The position numbers were made by a program, and so were the translations under genes. This document shows, in pieces, positions 32,201 to 44,830 of a stretch of DNA of 64,000 bases. Numbering within the stretch: position 1 is the stretch's first letter; each line of letters starts with the position of its first letter. The notes beneath the pieces were generated by a model, which searched no databases, was not told the DNA's origin, and was given only the letters and a program-made list of their open reading frames with translations. Origin of the DNA: Lama guanicoe (lineage: Eukaryota). The DNA is taken from assembly GCA_013239625.1 (NCBI GenBank), contig MU054925.1, positions 34,265,538 through 34,329,537 of the forward strand. Direction: 5' to 3'.

Positions 32201-34659
32201 AGAAGGTGACCAGCAGGGATGCGGGGCAGGGCCCCCAGCACCAATTTGTTGCTCTGAGGAAGCCTGTGTTGTGGGCCCCGTGCCCAGCACCGTGCGGGGG
32301 GCACAGTTGGGTCCAAAGGGGCTTTTCAGGCGCTCCGCACACGGAAGGGAAGTGAGTGAGTCAGCAGGCTCCGGTTCCTCCTCCTTGGGTTTCTGGGTTT
32401 CCTGTCTGGGTTTCGATTCTGTTGCCCAGGCGGTTCAGGAGGGCACACGGCATGCGGGGTGGCAGGGGACAATACCTAGAAATGGATCCAAAAGGGGGTT
32501 CTGGGGAGGAGGGTCTTTTGGAACCTCCAGTTCCCACCTCTGGAGCCGGTCCAAGGCTGCTTCTGCATTTTGGTGACTTGGGGCTTTGTGCAGATGTAGA
32601 CTTGGGGTGCCTCTGCCTCTCTGCTCCCCAAGACAGAACTCCTCCGTGATGGGCAAGGAGGCAGCTCGGGGGGCACAGAAGGCTGGCACCCCAGCCCTAA
32701 GGGTGGCCCTGACTCCTGCCCCCCTGGACCCCGACTCCCGTCACCTCGGCCCCGAAGGTGTGCAGGCCTCCTCGAGCATCAGCCCTCCACCCTGTGCTGG
32801 GGGGACCTGAGAGAGGACAGAGGACAGATGGTGGGACCCTCCCCAGCAGACCCTCCAGGGCTTGCTTCACACACAGAGCACCTCGGCCCCTCACCCATGG
32901 TGTGTGCGCACGCACACGTGCACACTGGCTGCCTGAGCGTGCAGTGCCATGGGTCGCTGTGGCTCCTCCTCGTCAGCCTCGTGGGGTCAGTGCTGCTGGC
33001 CACAGCCCACAGACACCCGCTGTGGACACAGAGGGAGGGGCACAGTCACTGTTGCATTCTGGGAAACTCACTCTGGCCGCTGGGTGGAGAGGGGCTTGAG
33101 GGGCCTGCACAGGGGCCAGAGGTGAGGTGATGCTGATGGAGGGGCACACACAGGGGGCTCCCCGCACTCAGCCTTTGGTCTGATCATCCAAAGCAGGAGA
33201 GGGGCTCAGTCCAGGTGCAGACCCTCTGCAGGGGGCGGCCTCCTCCCTGCCCCCACTTCCCCAGGCCGGCGCTGTGGTCGCAGGAGACAGGACTCACCCG
33301 GGCTGAAGCTACCAGGGCCATGGTCAGGTGAGCAGCAGCGGGGCATGGTCATGGCATCCCCTCTCCCTCCCACCTGTGGACACTGCCTGCACCGCCTGGG
33401 TTCACGCCTACGCCGGCCTCTGTGCCTGGCAGCCTGGGCAGTTCCTGGTGCTTCTTTCCCACAAGCCCAGGAAAATTCCCTGAATGGACCCCCATGAAGT
33501 GGGCTGATTATGTTGCCCCCTCGAACCAGTCGCCATGGCCAGGGGACAGAACCTGAGGGTTGGCAGTCTGGGACAGGGAGCTCTCCAGAGCCAGGGGGGG
33601 GTGGCTTCGGGGAGTGGGTCCTCCAGAGAAAATCCAGGCACAGTTACCAAAACAAGAAGGCCTAAAGCAGGGAAGGCAGAGGACCTGGACCACCACCTGC
33701 CTTCTCTCCCAGCTGCCCAGCGTTTCTGCTCCAAAGACGCCCTCAGGCCTCAGGCCTGTCCCCACGCTTGACCAGGAGTGCCCCACCACCACCTTTCATC
33801 TTTCAAGGCCCAAGCTCCTACCCCCTCTTCCAGGAAGCCTCCCTGACTGCAGCCCGCTCCCCACCTGCGAGCCCTCCTTGGACTTCCTGTCCCATTCTGT
33901 GCCAGCAGTGACCTGCCTGGGTTCAGAGTCCCCAACCTTGGGGACACAGCCAAGTCACTGTCAGTATTACCCTGCACAGAAGACACAGTAGCAACACAGA
34001 CTCCACAGACACTCCCCAGGGGCACTGGAGGGCACAGCGCCACCTGGTCCTGGGGCTGCAAACTCGGACGGCTGCAGGGCCAAGTAGGTGACAGATGTAC
34101 ACAGTGAGACGGGCTGGACCCAAGAGCCGGCACCTGCCCTGAGGAGCACGTGGACGTGCAGTCAGATGGGGGCTGAGGGGACAGGATACAGCAGTGAGAA
34201 AAGCCAGCCCCCACGGCACACCCTACACCTAGGAGGGCTAGAGAGGGTGCTTGTCGCCCCGGGGCTCAAAGTCCGGTCACAGACGATGGTCCCAGCGAGA
34301 GCCCTCTGCAGGGCGGGGGCCTGTGGGAAGGCCACCCTCTCCCTCCTCCGTGGGGCCGAGTGGCCCTTGCACCCCACGGCCCCAGGAATGCGACCCCTGG
34401 GGACGAGGAAGCAGCCCGGGCCTTCTCACTCTCTAAAAATCACTGAACTAAAGCAGGAGGCTGGGCCTGCCCCCACCCAAAGGTAACGGACAGCCCCCTG
34501 TTTGCCCACCCACATGGGATCAGAGGTGGCCAGCTGTGACTGGAAGACTGAGATGCAGCCAGGGGTCTCAGCCCACAGCCCCTAAATGTGCAGGACCCCA
34601 TCCAGGGTCACCGCCAGAGCAAGCAGCTGTGTCTGGGAGCACATGGTCAACAGAGGCCA

Positions 34660-35700
34660 ACACGCAGGTGACATGATGCTGGAATCTCCTGGCAAGGACT
34701 TGAAAGCAGCCACCATACACGACGTTCCAATGAGCGGCTATGAATGTGCTCGAGACAAATGAAAAACAGGCAGTCTCGGCAAGGAAATGGAAGTGTGAAG
34801 GAGAACCGCGTGGATACCTTAGAATTTTTTAAATTATAATCGGAATAAAAAGCGCAGAAGATATCTCTGCAGCGAAGCAGGGGAGAGAGGAGACCCCATG
34901 AGCATGAAGCAGAGCAGTAGAAATGACCCACCTGAGACCCAGAGAGCAGGCTGGGGACACCCAGCCTCGGGAGCTGTTGGGGCGTTTGTGTCCTCGAAGG
35001 TGTCCCCGAGGAGAGGAGGAAACAGGCGGGGCTGAAAGGTCCCCAAATGTAGCAAAAGACATAAACCTACAGATTTAAGGAGCATGAACCCCAAATTGAA
35101 CCAACAGCCATCTCCTCGAACTTCCAAAAACCAGAGACAAAGACACCTTGGAAGCAGCGGCAGAGGAACGCTCCTTGCCTTCCAGGGAGAACAGCGTGAG
35201 CGACGTGGCTTTCTTGTCAGAGAACGTGGAGGCCGGAAGGCAGTGGGATGGCGTTTGTAAGACCAAAGAAAGCCATCAACCGTGAGGTCTGCAACTTGCG
35301 GGAAAACCACGGAACCGGGAGCGAGGGGAGTCGCGGCGCCCTCACCGAGGGAGGAGCGAGACCGTGGCAGCAGCACGGCAGCTCGGAGGAGCAGCCGGCG
35401 GAGCCCTCACCCAGAGGGGAGCAGGAGGGACGCCACCCCCACAGACGCACCGCCGTCCGAGGATTGGCGAGCAGAGGGGCCGCCTCGGACCACCGCACAC
35501 GGACACACAGGCCGCGGAGAGGCAAAGGCCGAGACAGCCCCCGCAGGTCTGAAAGGTGGGGCCCAATGACCCGCAGGAAGAGGGGAGCAAGCAAAAAGAC
35601 CAGGACGGCAGCCCACCCACCACCATCATAGAAAACGCAAGCAGTGTCGTCCGCTCACTGAACGTTTCTGAAATGACACAATTACGGAGCTGGAGAACAG
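34660..35700 (+). mobile_element. Ancient LINE-1 ORF1-region remnant
   Basis: ccccaaatgtagcaaaagacataaacctacagatttaagga and tcagagaacgtggaggccggaaggcagtgggatg resemble recalled L1M ORF1 consensus. Confidence 0.72.
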
Positions 35701-37339
35701 GTGTGTGGCTTCTGGGGCGAGGCTGGGCGGGGAGGGGCGGGTCTGCATCTCGACTGCAGTGACCGGGACACTGCACGTGACAGGGACACGCCTCGTGTGG
35801 ATGTGGGCGTCCTGGTGTCGCCTGTGCCGTCTTCACAGCTTCCCGGGACGCCTGTCACTGCGATGATCATTACTGCCAAATAAGAAGGCGACAAGGGGCC
35901 CGGCCTTGCCCTCGTCCCAGCAGCAGAGGCCACCGCGGGGTCCTGGGCATGCCCTGCCGCCCCCTCCTACCCCACCCTCGTCTCCTCTTCTCTGGTCTCA
36001 GAGCTCAGGTCTGCTTCTCAGGGACACTCCACCCCACTCCTTGACATAAGAGGTGGGCCAGTCCCACCCCCACGCCCCAGTACCCCTGCTGTTTAGATCC
36101 ACGCCCCGTGCAGCCCAGGGAGCCAGAGCCTCGTCTCCTGACGCGCACCCGAGGCAGACAGTCCAGGAGGGTCTGTGGGACGCATACATGTCTGTTCCTG
36201 CCTAGCACATCGCCGAGGACCAGCTTCAGACAGCAGCACAGGGACCTCCCAGGGTTTTTGCAGGGACTTCAGAGGGTGCAGCGGGGAAAGCCGGTCTCTG
36301 CCCCTCAGCCCAGCATTCCATCCCAGATGCGAACCCTGCAGAGCCTTGGAGCCGCAGCCCCACGCCCACCACTGGGTGGCTGCCTGCCCCGCGGTCAGGC
36401 TCAGGGTGAGCGCGGAGATGGAGAGGGAAGTTGGAATTTCCAGGGCGGGGCTCTTGAATTCCCTGTGCTCCCCTTGGTGTCACCCCTCCTGGGAAAACCC
36501 TCCTTGGTTTGGGAGGGACCCCGTCCAGCTGGGGCTCCATGCAGAAGGCACAGGCTTTGGAGGCAGAAACACGGGGTCCCAGCCCCTGCCCTGGACTCCA
36601 CTCCAGCCACGTGCCCTTTCCCAGGTTGCAGGGCACACAGCGCTGCCCCAGGGTCACTGTGAGGATCAGAGAAACCATGTGGCGCCTCTTGGGCAGGGGC
36701 TCCCACGAGCCTCCTTCAACCCCAACACCACCCCCCAAGCAGTGAGGAAGCCAAGGCACAGAGGAACCCGCCCCAATTTGTCGCGGGGAACCTCCGTGAC
36801 CTCCCTCACCTACCATGTGCTCTGCAGGTGATGTTGTCCTCTGTCCTCACGAGGTCACCCACTGGCCTCACTCGCAGCCCCAGGACAGGCCCCTCCTCTT
36901 CTAGGCAGCAGCCCGGAAGCCCCGGCCCACCCCCTGGCCAGCAGCAGCCCTGGGCTCGTGGGCCCTGGACCCCAGACTGGACGTCTCCGCCAGACAGGTG
37001 TCATGGCTTCCCTGGCTGGGAAGGTATGAGGAGGAGACAAAGCCAGCATCTCTCTGGTGTCCTCTGTGGGGAGGCCAGCCGTCAGCCACTCAGCACCCCA
37101 TCCTGGGCACAGGCCCCAAATGGAGTGGGCAGCAGAGGAGGGCTGGTGAGGGGCTGGGGTCTGAACACACATCTCAAGCCCTACTCACTGGAGACCTCCC
37201 TCCAGGGTGGCAGGCAGGGATTTTTTTGGTTCAAGGGACAAGCACCAGAAGTGACATTCAAAATCTTTTACAGCCAGTCAGAGTAGACACCAGACACAGA
37301 CAATGGATAGGACCAGCCTTGGTGAAAACCTAGCTTTGC

Positions 37340-37480
37340 TTCATCCAGTGGGACATTCACTGACTTGCTTCTCCAAAAGGTCCAAGGAGGTCTGGGCTTC
37401 AGGCAAGGCTGGATCCAGGGGCCCAAACATGTCATTGTCATCTATCTCTTGGCTATGCCTTCCCCTGTGTGCAGTCTCGG
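37340..37480 (-). mobile_element. MLT1 (ERVL-MaLR) LTR fragment
   Basis: ggcttcaggcaaggctggatccaggggcccaaacatgtcatt. Confidence 0.65.
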
Positions 37481-38799
37481 GTGTGTGCTCCCCACCTGTT
37501 GGCCAAGACAACCCTGGCAGCTCACTGGGCCTATCAGAGTTGAGTGACTGATCCCTCCACGCTTTCCACTGCTCACCGTAAGGTAAGGGGCCAGGCGGAG
37601 GCAACCCCTCTGGTGTGCCAGCTGCTGTTGCCTCCAGAGCCCTCCACCTTCCAAGAGGTCTGGCCTTTTTTTTTTTTTTTAATAATTAAAACAGGCCTTT
37701 TAATTATTAAAATATGCGTTCATGGTAAAAAAAAATTAAATCCAAGTGGTGCCTGAAAGGACCCCCAGTGAAAAGTCATCTCCTGGCTGGGCCTCCAGGT
37801 CACCACCTGGGAGCACAAACCACCTGCGGTCCCTCCGTCATGGCAGAGACGACACAAGGACATTCCTGCCTGTCTCTGCTCAAAAGACCCAGCTCACGTC
37901 TGCTCCGAATCCTGTGCTCATCTCTCTCCTCTCTCCTGCTAACCGACCCTGGAGATCATTCCACAAGAGCTACCTCAGGGCACCTCCCCCTCCCTCCTAG
38001 AAGTCACGCAAGTGGAATCATCGGTTCCTAGGCAGACACGCCCGGTGCCAGTGAGTCACTCTGCTGTGTGACCCCGACAGGCGGCGAAAGCGAATGATCC
38101 GGAGGCTCCCTGGCTGGCCCCGCTGAGGGTGGGGAGCCCAGCCGGCCACACCCTGACGGCAGCCTCGCAGGACGCTGAGCGGAGCACCAGCTCCACCCAG
38201 GCTCCCGGCCACGGGCACGTGCTGCAAGCTGCCAGGTTTGCGCAAGTTTGTTGGGAGCAGGTAGGAGCGTGAAGTCCTCTCTGCCTGCTTCTCTTGCCCT
38301 ACGAGACGTCTGAGAGGCGTCCAGGCGGTCACAGGAGCTCCAGGCAGTGCTTTCTGTAAGGATTACCCGCAGTGCACGTTCACTGTCCGTGGGCATCTGG
38401 ACAGCGGGTGGCTTCAATGCTGTGGCTGTGAGGAGTGCGGCTGGGAGACCACCCCCTACGCCCCAGGTAGACGACACGCATGCTTATGCCCTGGGGTGTC
38501 TGGCCGGATCGGCGTGTGGGTGGCTGTTTAACTGGGTGCACGCCCACAGCCGGGCTGTCTGTCCTGTCACTTCAGCCCCTGGACGGCGGTGTGGAGGGGT
38601 TTGTGCTTTTATTCACAGGTCCCTGCGGGGTCGTAGGATGTGGGGCATTTCTTCACGTTTATTGGCCTCCCCTGAGATGTTCCTGATATGCTTTGTCAGC
38701 TCTAGGGCAATTTATTGTCACCCACACCCCCAAGCTGGACCTAGAGGGAAACAAAAACTCCTTATAAGGCAAGGGCCCCTGGGCCCTTCGTGGAGCCTG

Positions 38800-38945
38800 A
38801 GGGTGAAGACGGCTCAGAGAGCAGGGCTGAGATGGAAAGAGAGTGGCCAAGTCGCAATCACTGTGTCTAAGCTCCTTGATCCAGCCATGCCTGAAGCTTC
38901 ATTATGGACTTCTCCATCACATGAGCCAGCACTCCTCTCACCTGT
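38800..38945 (+). mobile_element. MLT1 (ERVL-MaLR) LTR fragment
   Basis: gagcagggctgagatggaaagaga...gatccagccatgcctgaagc...ggacttctccatcacatgagcca. Confidence 0.7.
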
Positions 38946-41751
38946 CAATTTGCATGGGGGTCTGTCACTTGTGCTGCAGGGTCCTAGCTGGTGCAGGGCC
39001 CAAGTTGGCCCTGTCTGGGTCCAGTCTGCCCACACTGGTGCTCCAGGGCACTGACATTCTGGGGGCCCACCAAGCCCTGGGAAGGAAGTGGGTTGGGGGG
39101 GCCTCCAAGACCCAGAGCGCTACCAGCCCTCCCCGCCATGGTCTGCACCCCACCTCATCACCACTTGTGTTCTGAGGCTGAATAACCATGTAATTGGTTC
39201 ATCGTTCCATACCAAACCTCAGCAAATATGTTTTTCATAATTAGTTGATGTTTATTTAATGGAAATAACCAGCCCATTAAATTTAATGAGGCATGTTGTC
39301 AGGTACGAAGTGTAAGTGTTTTTCCTTAAGAGCCACCTGGACGTGACCATGCTGGTTCCTGGGCCAAGGACCCGGCCCTGTGTCTGCATGTAGGAGGCCC
39401 CGGGAGCAGGGGCATGCGCCCTTGCGGGAAACAGCAGCCCCCACCCCTGGTCCTGGCCCCCACTTTCTCTCTGTGTTACGGTTTCTGCATCAGACCCTGT
39501 ACTGTGGGTTTCACCTTGTCCACCTCCCCGCTGAGCTCCAAGCTCCTGTCGGTTGGGGCAATGCGGCGTCTCCAGCGCAGAGCCCTGACCACCTGTGGGG
39601 ATGTCAACACCAGGGCTCGCTGTGCAAAAGGACGAGCGGCTGCAGAGGCCCTCCTGCCCCCGCGGGTCCCCAGCCCCACCCCCACCCCACGTGCGCTCTG
39701 GGCCCGGCCAGGTTCCCTCATCTCCCCTGCAGGCTTCGGATCTTTGTTCAAGGAGGTGCAGGCTCTGCCAGGGAATTGCATGGGTGTTTGGGGGGTGTAG
39801 GGGGGCTACTAAAAATGTTCTGGTCAGTTTAGAAGAAGAGAAAATACAGTTAATTATAGAAAGCAAGACAAAACTCACCGTCATTCTACCCCTGAGAGAA
39901 AAGCACTGAACGTCGGTGTGCAGCCCTCTGCCCGGGTTCTTTTGTGTTTTCGCTTGTGTAACGGTGGTATTTCTTCATCCAGAGACAGCTCACACTTTTT
40001 AATTGGATTCACGATCTCCACACAATTCACTGCTGCCTGTGGCTGTGGGGAGGGTGGACGGGGCGTCCCTGTGGTTGGGCGTCGGCCGTGTCTCCAGAGT
40101 GGCCTGTCACTCCAAGTGCTGTGCAACTGAGTCTCTGCCCGCTGCAGATGCCCTCTCTGGCTGCAGCCGTGGACTTACCCCTGGGGCCTTGCCGCAACCC
40201 CAAAGTGAGCTGTCCTGCTGGCCGGGAGGGGCTGGGGGCGGGCCCCCTGCTCTCACGCCTGCTGAGCCCAGCCGTGTCGCACGACCCTTGCTCCCCAGGA
40301 GATGCACCTGGGACGGTCTTCCCCTACAAATGAGGGAGCTGGAGGCGCCGCGCGGGGCTCGGTCTCGCCCCTGTGGCTCCGACGTGGCTCTGAACCCTGC
40401 ACCAGGCTGCCCGCAGGCACCAGAGACCGCAGAGGCCAGACAACAGCCCAGGACAGAGAACCCGCACACGTCCCGGTTTCGTCTGTAACCTGGGGGCAGT
40501 AGCGGCAGTAACTACCCCAGAGGGCGTGGAGAGCGCCACGCGTGTGCTAACCGTGGGTCTGTCTCCATGAGCTGCACCCCACGGGTCTCCAGGGACCTGC
40601 CCACGGTGCTGGGCCCGGGTGCAGCCTCCACTGCGGGGGCAGCTCCAGGGCCACCTGCCCTCCAGTCCTGCTGGTTTCAGACAATGGGAGACGGAGGTTA
40701 GGTGGGGCAGGGGGAGGGAGAGGCTGCCTCTTGCAGCGGCGGTGTCCCCGGGACCCCAGCCCCTGAGCAGGGCCACTATGGTGCCAGCGTCCCCCAGGAA
40801 CCTGCCTCTTTCCGCCATCCCTCCAGCCCTGGGTGACGGGCTGCCTTCTGGGCCATCACACCATCGAACTTGGGTTCTCAGCTCCTCCACCTCCTCTGGG
40901 ACCGACTCCCTGCACCCAGTTCCCTCTGTTTAAATAACCGGTGCTTTCAGGCTCCTGGTTGGAGCCTGGACGCCACAGCCAACGTCATCACGTTTAATCC
41001 CCCAGCAGCTGGGTGGGCTGCGGACTAACCCTCCCTCCTGACAGTCACACGGCCGGGTCCTGGGCTGCCTCGGGGTCCAGGCCCGCTGGACACAACCCTC
41101 GCTCGTGCCATGTTCTCTCCAGCTGGCTTCGTACCACGTACGACCACGTCGGGGGCCTGGGGACCAGGCCCACGTGTAGGACTGCTGAGTACACGTGCAC
41201 ACACACGTGCACACAGAGCCACACCCTGAGCACATGCACCTGACTCCAACAAAGTCCACCCAACATAGCCCTACGTCCGTGGTAGGAGATGGGGGCACCC
41301 AGCCCAGGGAAGCTTGGTTCTGGCCCCAGGATGCCCAGGAATAGGCTGAGCCAATGGAGAGAGCCAGGAGCATCAGCCTGGCCTCTGCCCTCGCCCCGCC
41401 GACCCCTGCTTTGCCTGCTCTCTGCAAACGCCCAGCTGTGCACAGTCTGTGCCCTCTCCGGGCACCCCCGGCTCCCATCTGGGGTTCTGCTCTCCCAGCC
41501 TCCGGCTGCCCCGCTGCCATCCATCCAGCTTTGGACTCATAGCTCAGCCCCGTCCATCCGGAAGCTGGCCTGCTCTCCTGCTGTGTCCCAGTGAGGAACC
41601 TTCCCCATCTGCCCACCTCCTCCAGCTCTGGGTGGCCCTTTGCTGGATGCCCACCCCCCCACCAGCTGGATGCTCCCCAGGGCAGCAGCCTGTCTGATCT
41701 TGGGGCCAGTGCAGGGCTGCACATGGAGTGAGAGAAAACAAAGACAAATGC

Positions 41752-41757
41752 TTTATT
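41752..41757 (-). terminator. CHCHD6: CHCHD6 polyadenylation signal AATAAA
   Basis: tttatt on the plus strand; followed on the minus strand by U-rich ttgtctttgttttctctc. Confidence 0.85.
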
Positions 41758-41914
41758 TGTCCGTGGACAGGTGCATACACAGTTTCTCAAGCACAGGGGC
41801 AGCAGAGGCGCCCAGCAGGACAGGCTGTGGCCCAGGGGTCTGTGGGTTATGGTCCCACATGGGTCCCCTCATCAGGGCTCCAAGTCACTGCCAGGCCAGG
41901 AGTGAGGCTGCTTG

Positions 41915-41920
41915 TCAGCC
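41915..41920 (-). CDS. CHCHD6: CHCHD6 terminal exon coding part (Gly + stop); 3' UTR runs to about 41730
   Basis: Polypyrimidine acceptor ctattctccctcgcag|GGC TGA gives the ...HKG* ending; AATAAA about 160 nt downstream. Confidence 0.88.
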   Translation of the reverse strand, partial: G

Positions 41921-43292
41921 CTGCGAGGGAGAATAGAGGTCAGTCGCTGGCGTCCCCTCCAGGTATTGCTCCATGGGGGCGACCGCTAAATGGACACGCA
42001 CCCCCCACCCAGCTGGTCCCTGCAGCCTGGGACTGGGCCTCCTCCCCTCCAAGCCCAGTGCCCACACGCACGTGCCTGCGGCCCCTAGCTGACATGGCCC
42101 CTCCTCCACCGACCTCCCGCCCGCCCCACGTACAGACGGTGCTGGCCAGTCCTCCTCTGCCCTGGGGGGTCCCTCTTGTTCTCGCCTTAACCGCACAGAT
42201 TTCCTGTGACCCTCCCCCAGCACGTGCTCAGGTGAGCGCTCTCACGCCCTCTGGCTGCCCGCAGGGCCTGCACCCAAGGCACCAGCATGTCCACACGCCA
42301 GCGCGCTTCCTGGCGACCACCACGCTGGGCTGAGCTCGTCTAGCAGCCGGGGAGGTTCCGCCCTGGATCAGGTGGCCTGAGTCCTAGGCTGGCTCCCTGG
42401 TGCCAGGGATGGTCCCGGCCACCTGGCCGCTTGCAGGAGTGAATCGCTCCGGGGGGTCTCTAAGGCTGGAGCCTCCCTAGGCGAGGACGAGGGGCCCGCG
42501 GGTGCCTCCCCTGCACTGGCTGCAGCTCGCAGAGGACACCTGACCTCCTCCCCAGGCTCCAGGCCCAGCTGGTCCCTGTGGAGCCCAGGGTGGTGTGGGC
42601 AGGCGGGCTGTGCGCAGGAGCGATCCAGACCCGCCTGTCTCCTACTTGGCAACAGAGGCTTGTCCCAGGGAGGAAGGCCGTGCCCCGCAGCTCTTCCAAC
42701 AAACATACCAGCCATCTGGTGAGCCCAAGCTGCCCAGAGTGAGGAGGTGCCTGGGGGCGGAGGCTGGGAGCTGGGGGAGCCGGCAGGGAGGGACTGGAGG
42801 GAGGCCAGGTCTCAGGGCAGGGCCACTGCACCCCAGATGACACAATAGCCTGGAGAGCCCCTGATGCCGGCTGAGGAGTGCACGGGACCTGGGGCCACCA
42901 TCGCCCGCCCACTCCCCAGAGGCTGGTCCCGTCAGTTGGGCCAGCACAGGAGCTGGGTGGGTGCAGAGCTGCCCTCTCGAGCAGGGCTCTGCCCCCTTCT
43001 ACTGGGTGGCCCAGCCCTCTCCACGACCCCAGCCTGCACATGCATCCCCCGCCCAACAGCCCAGAGGTAAGGGCTGGGTGGCCACCCCTGAACAGTGGGG
43101 CCTGACTATACCCAGCACAGCTCCTGGACCCAGCCTAGCAGGCTGCGCCCACACCCCCTTCCCCACGCAGATGCCTGGAGCACTCAGGGGCCAGCCGTGG
43201 ACATGGTGGGTGGGAGGTCAGGATGCTGGCTTGGTGGGCCAGTGGGCAGAGGCGCCAGCTGCCCGGTGGGCGGCCAGGGGAGCTGGCCTTAC

Positions 43293-43428
43293 CTTGTGGG
43301 CGGTGCTCACGCAGTGCTGGTAGGCTTTGACTAGGTCTGCGCACAGGAGCACCTCCTGCAGGTGGTCTCGGTAGCAGTGGAGAATCTGGGCCTGCAGCCC
43401 CGAGCACACGGGCTCCAGCCTGCGGGGC
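43293..43428 (-). CDS. CHCHD6: CHCHD6 / MIC25 penultimate exon (CHCH domain)
   Basis: cag|[45 protein letters not shown]|gtaagg; twin CX9C motif; 136 nt. Confidence 0.95.
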
Positions 43429-43965
43429 CTGCAGGACAGAGAGAGGAGGCCTGTGGTGGCCCAGCGGGCAGGGAGGGGATGGCCCACTGAGAACCATGGG
43501 CCAGGCGTGGGGGGCCCCTGCAGTCCCCGGCATCCAGACCCCCTCGGAGAGAAGGCCAGCTGGGGACCCTGCCCCGCCACGGCCTCCAGCGCAGGCGTGG
43601 GCCACTGTGACCACGGGATCACGCACAGGCGGCTGGCTTCTCTGACGAAGCTGTCTTTCTGACCTCAAAGCTAGTACGTGCACGGGGAGGAGAACTGGAA
43701 AGCCACAGGATGCCTAAGGAAGAACTAAGGTTTCAAAACCGTACTTCCTAGAGACAATCACTCCAGCGTTCTGGACGCAATTACTATTTTTTCTCTCTTC
43801 GTTTATCAAAGTAGGCTTAACGCCTAAACTTAGGCTCTAAACATATTCATCTGAAAAAAGATTACATTCTCTTTTTAAAAATATGAAGCAAATACCAAAA
43901 AAGTGAAATAAATGTTATTCTCAAAGGTCTCCTTCCTGAGGCCCCTCCACCCTTGCCTTTCTGTC

Positions 43966-44397
43966 TCACACACGCTCTCCTGAACACTCACCCTCTCAGA
44001 CTCACACATGCACACTCACAGGTGCACACACTCACAAGTGCACTCTCTCACATGCACACTCTCACAGGTGCATGCATACATTCGCAGGTGCGTGCACAAG
44101 TGCACTCACAAGTGCACACTCACAAGTGCACACTCATGCACTCTCACAGGTGCACACCTACAAATGCACTCTCGCGTGCACGCTCAAGTGCACACTCACA
44201 TGTGCACACACTCACAAGTGCATTCTCTCGCATGCACACTCTCACAGGTGTGTGCACATGTGCACACACTCACAAGTGCACACTCGTGCACTCTCACAGG
44301 TGCACACTCACATGCACACTCTCACAGGTGCATGCATTCACAGGTGTGTGCACAGGTGCACACATTCACAGGTGCACACTCTCTCATGTGCACACGC
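43966..44397. repeat. Degenerate (TGCACACTCACA[A/G]G)-like CA-rich tandem repeat
   Basis: About 430 bp of recurring tgcacac/tgcactc/ctcacaggtg units. Confidence 0.93.
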
Positions 44398-44714
44398 TTC
44401 CTGCTCCGCCCAGCACGTGGGATTCCACCGTGTGCTGAGGATGCAAGCCAGGGCACGGCCAGCCCTATAGCACTGGGGGCTCCAGCCTCGAAACCCAATT
44501 CTGCTGGTGTCTGTGCAGTGAGGAAGAGGACTCAGAGAGTTCTCACTGGAGGAGAACATGGGGGTCTTTCCTCAGCACAGGACAGATGGCTCCTGGGCTC
44601 AGCCCTTACCTCTAGGGACCTGGGGTCCCCTCACTGGGCGCCATCTGCCATCACGGTGCGGTGATGGCCTCCCCCAACCCCAGTACTTGCAGAACGCCTC
44701 CGCTTCCGAGCTGA

Positions 44715-44830
44715 AGACTTTTTGATGTGGACACAATTCCACGTCAAAATTCCAACCCAGTTTTACTGGAACTACTCAATGAGTATTTCATTTTCTTTCA
44801 GGTTTACTTGGCAGTGGATACGTCGCTTGG
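44715..44830 (+). mobile_element. Short L1 ORF2 fragment
   Basis: caattccacgtcaaaattccaacccagttttactggaacta resembles L1 'caatcccaatcaaaatcccaaca'. Confidence 0.5.

Noticed and set aside
43953-44664. His/Cys/Thr-rich ORFs resembling metal-binding proteins
   Set aside because: Translations of a CA-rich simple repeat in all frames; same for 51685-52406
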